Source: Antedon mediterranea (lineage: Eukaryota > Animalia > Echinodermata). From it: a DNA stretch of 64,000 bases. The position numbers and the translations under genes were made by a program. The DNA lies in the NCBI RefSeq assembly GCF_964355755.1, contig NC_092670.1, positions 14,122,795 to 14,186,794 of the forward strand. The letters are read 5' to 3'. The notes beneath the pieces are model-generated. The model was not told the DNA's origin and did no database searches. It worked only from the letters and a program-made list of their open reading frames with translations. Each line of letters opens with the position of its first letter. Within the stretch, counting starts at the first letter, position 1. Positions 63,401 to 64,000 of this stretch are shown here, one piece after another.

Positions 63401-64000
63401 ACGTATGACGTGCACGTGACTTTAGGACTGCGGATAACCTAACTCGTCCGTAGTGACGAGTTCAAATCTAGTATTTATTTCTTTCTTTCCACACTTCTCT
63501 CCCATTTTTTGTGGGCAGCGTATCTCTAATTCTAGCCAACAGAAGATTGTATAACTTTGTCAAAAGATTACCCTATATCTGTAGATGTGCAAGAAACTTT
63601 TTTTTTCAAATTTCGAGTTGCGCAGCGTAAGTTACGCGCGATTTTATGAATTTCAATTATTGATCACAGATTAAAAACCAAAAGTCATTTGGTATTGAAA
63701 CTTGGTGAAAATTTAAGTCATATAAAGCGCAAACTTTCTGTAGATTAAAAATGGCAGGTTGCAAAAAAAGTTACGCGCGCACGCGCGTTTAAAATTTCAA
63801 ATTGCGAAAATTCAATTTCTAATCAACTTTCTACGCGTTTCAGGTCATTTTGAGCATTTCAAAAATTCCTACGCGTGCGCAATTTTTTTACGCGCGCGTG
63901 CGCACGTAGCGCAAAAACATCTTTTTTTTGCTTGATTTTTGTTTTTCCTGTCTTTTTTTAGTAAATTTACCAACTTTCAAACAATTTCGACTTAAAATCA
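51496..64000 (+). mobile_element. Right part of the non-autonomous Helentron array, ~1.2 kb units: 51496-52665 (headless), 52666-53820 (headless), 53822-55037, 55039-56254, 56256-57471, 57473-58681, 58682-59921 (headless), 59923-61127, 61128-62244 (headless, tail-less), 62256-63471, 63472->64000 (headless)
   Basis: Recurrent tail gcggataacctaactcgtccgtagtgacgagttcaaatctagt and head ggttatccgcacttggcggataacc. Bodies are homologous but visibly diverged. The array runs off the window end. Confidence 0.92.

Overview
AT-rich, intron-rich animal genomic DNA, probably a marine invertebrate (taxon is inference only). The left half (1-27 kb) holds two intact spliced + strand genes: an unusual membrane protein (long Pro-rich/acidic N-terminus, TM, one Sushi/CCP domain, second TM) and a 14-exon kidney-type glutaminase with ankyrin repeats. 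Many small MITEs and minisatellites lie between and within them. The right half (27.9 kb to the window end) is entirely one rolling-circle transposon family. An apparently intact ~21 kb autonomous Helentron/Helitron2 encodes a 3105-aa ORF on the - strand (TM anchor, PHD, herpes-tegument-like DUB, OTU, 18-aa repeats, HUH Rep, Pif1 helicase, AP endonuclease). It sits inside an array of ~1.2 kb non-autonomous copies with the same termini. The array is built from exact tail-to-head junctions between diverged copies, plus nested insertions into the family's own poly-T tract: three stacked 5' heads at 30.4-30.6 kb are closed by three matching bodies/tails at 51.5-53.8 kb. The internal tandem repeats of the autonomous element look like repeated exon-intron units on the transposase strand.
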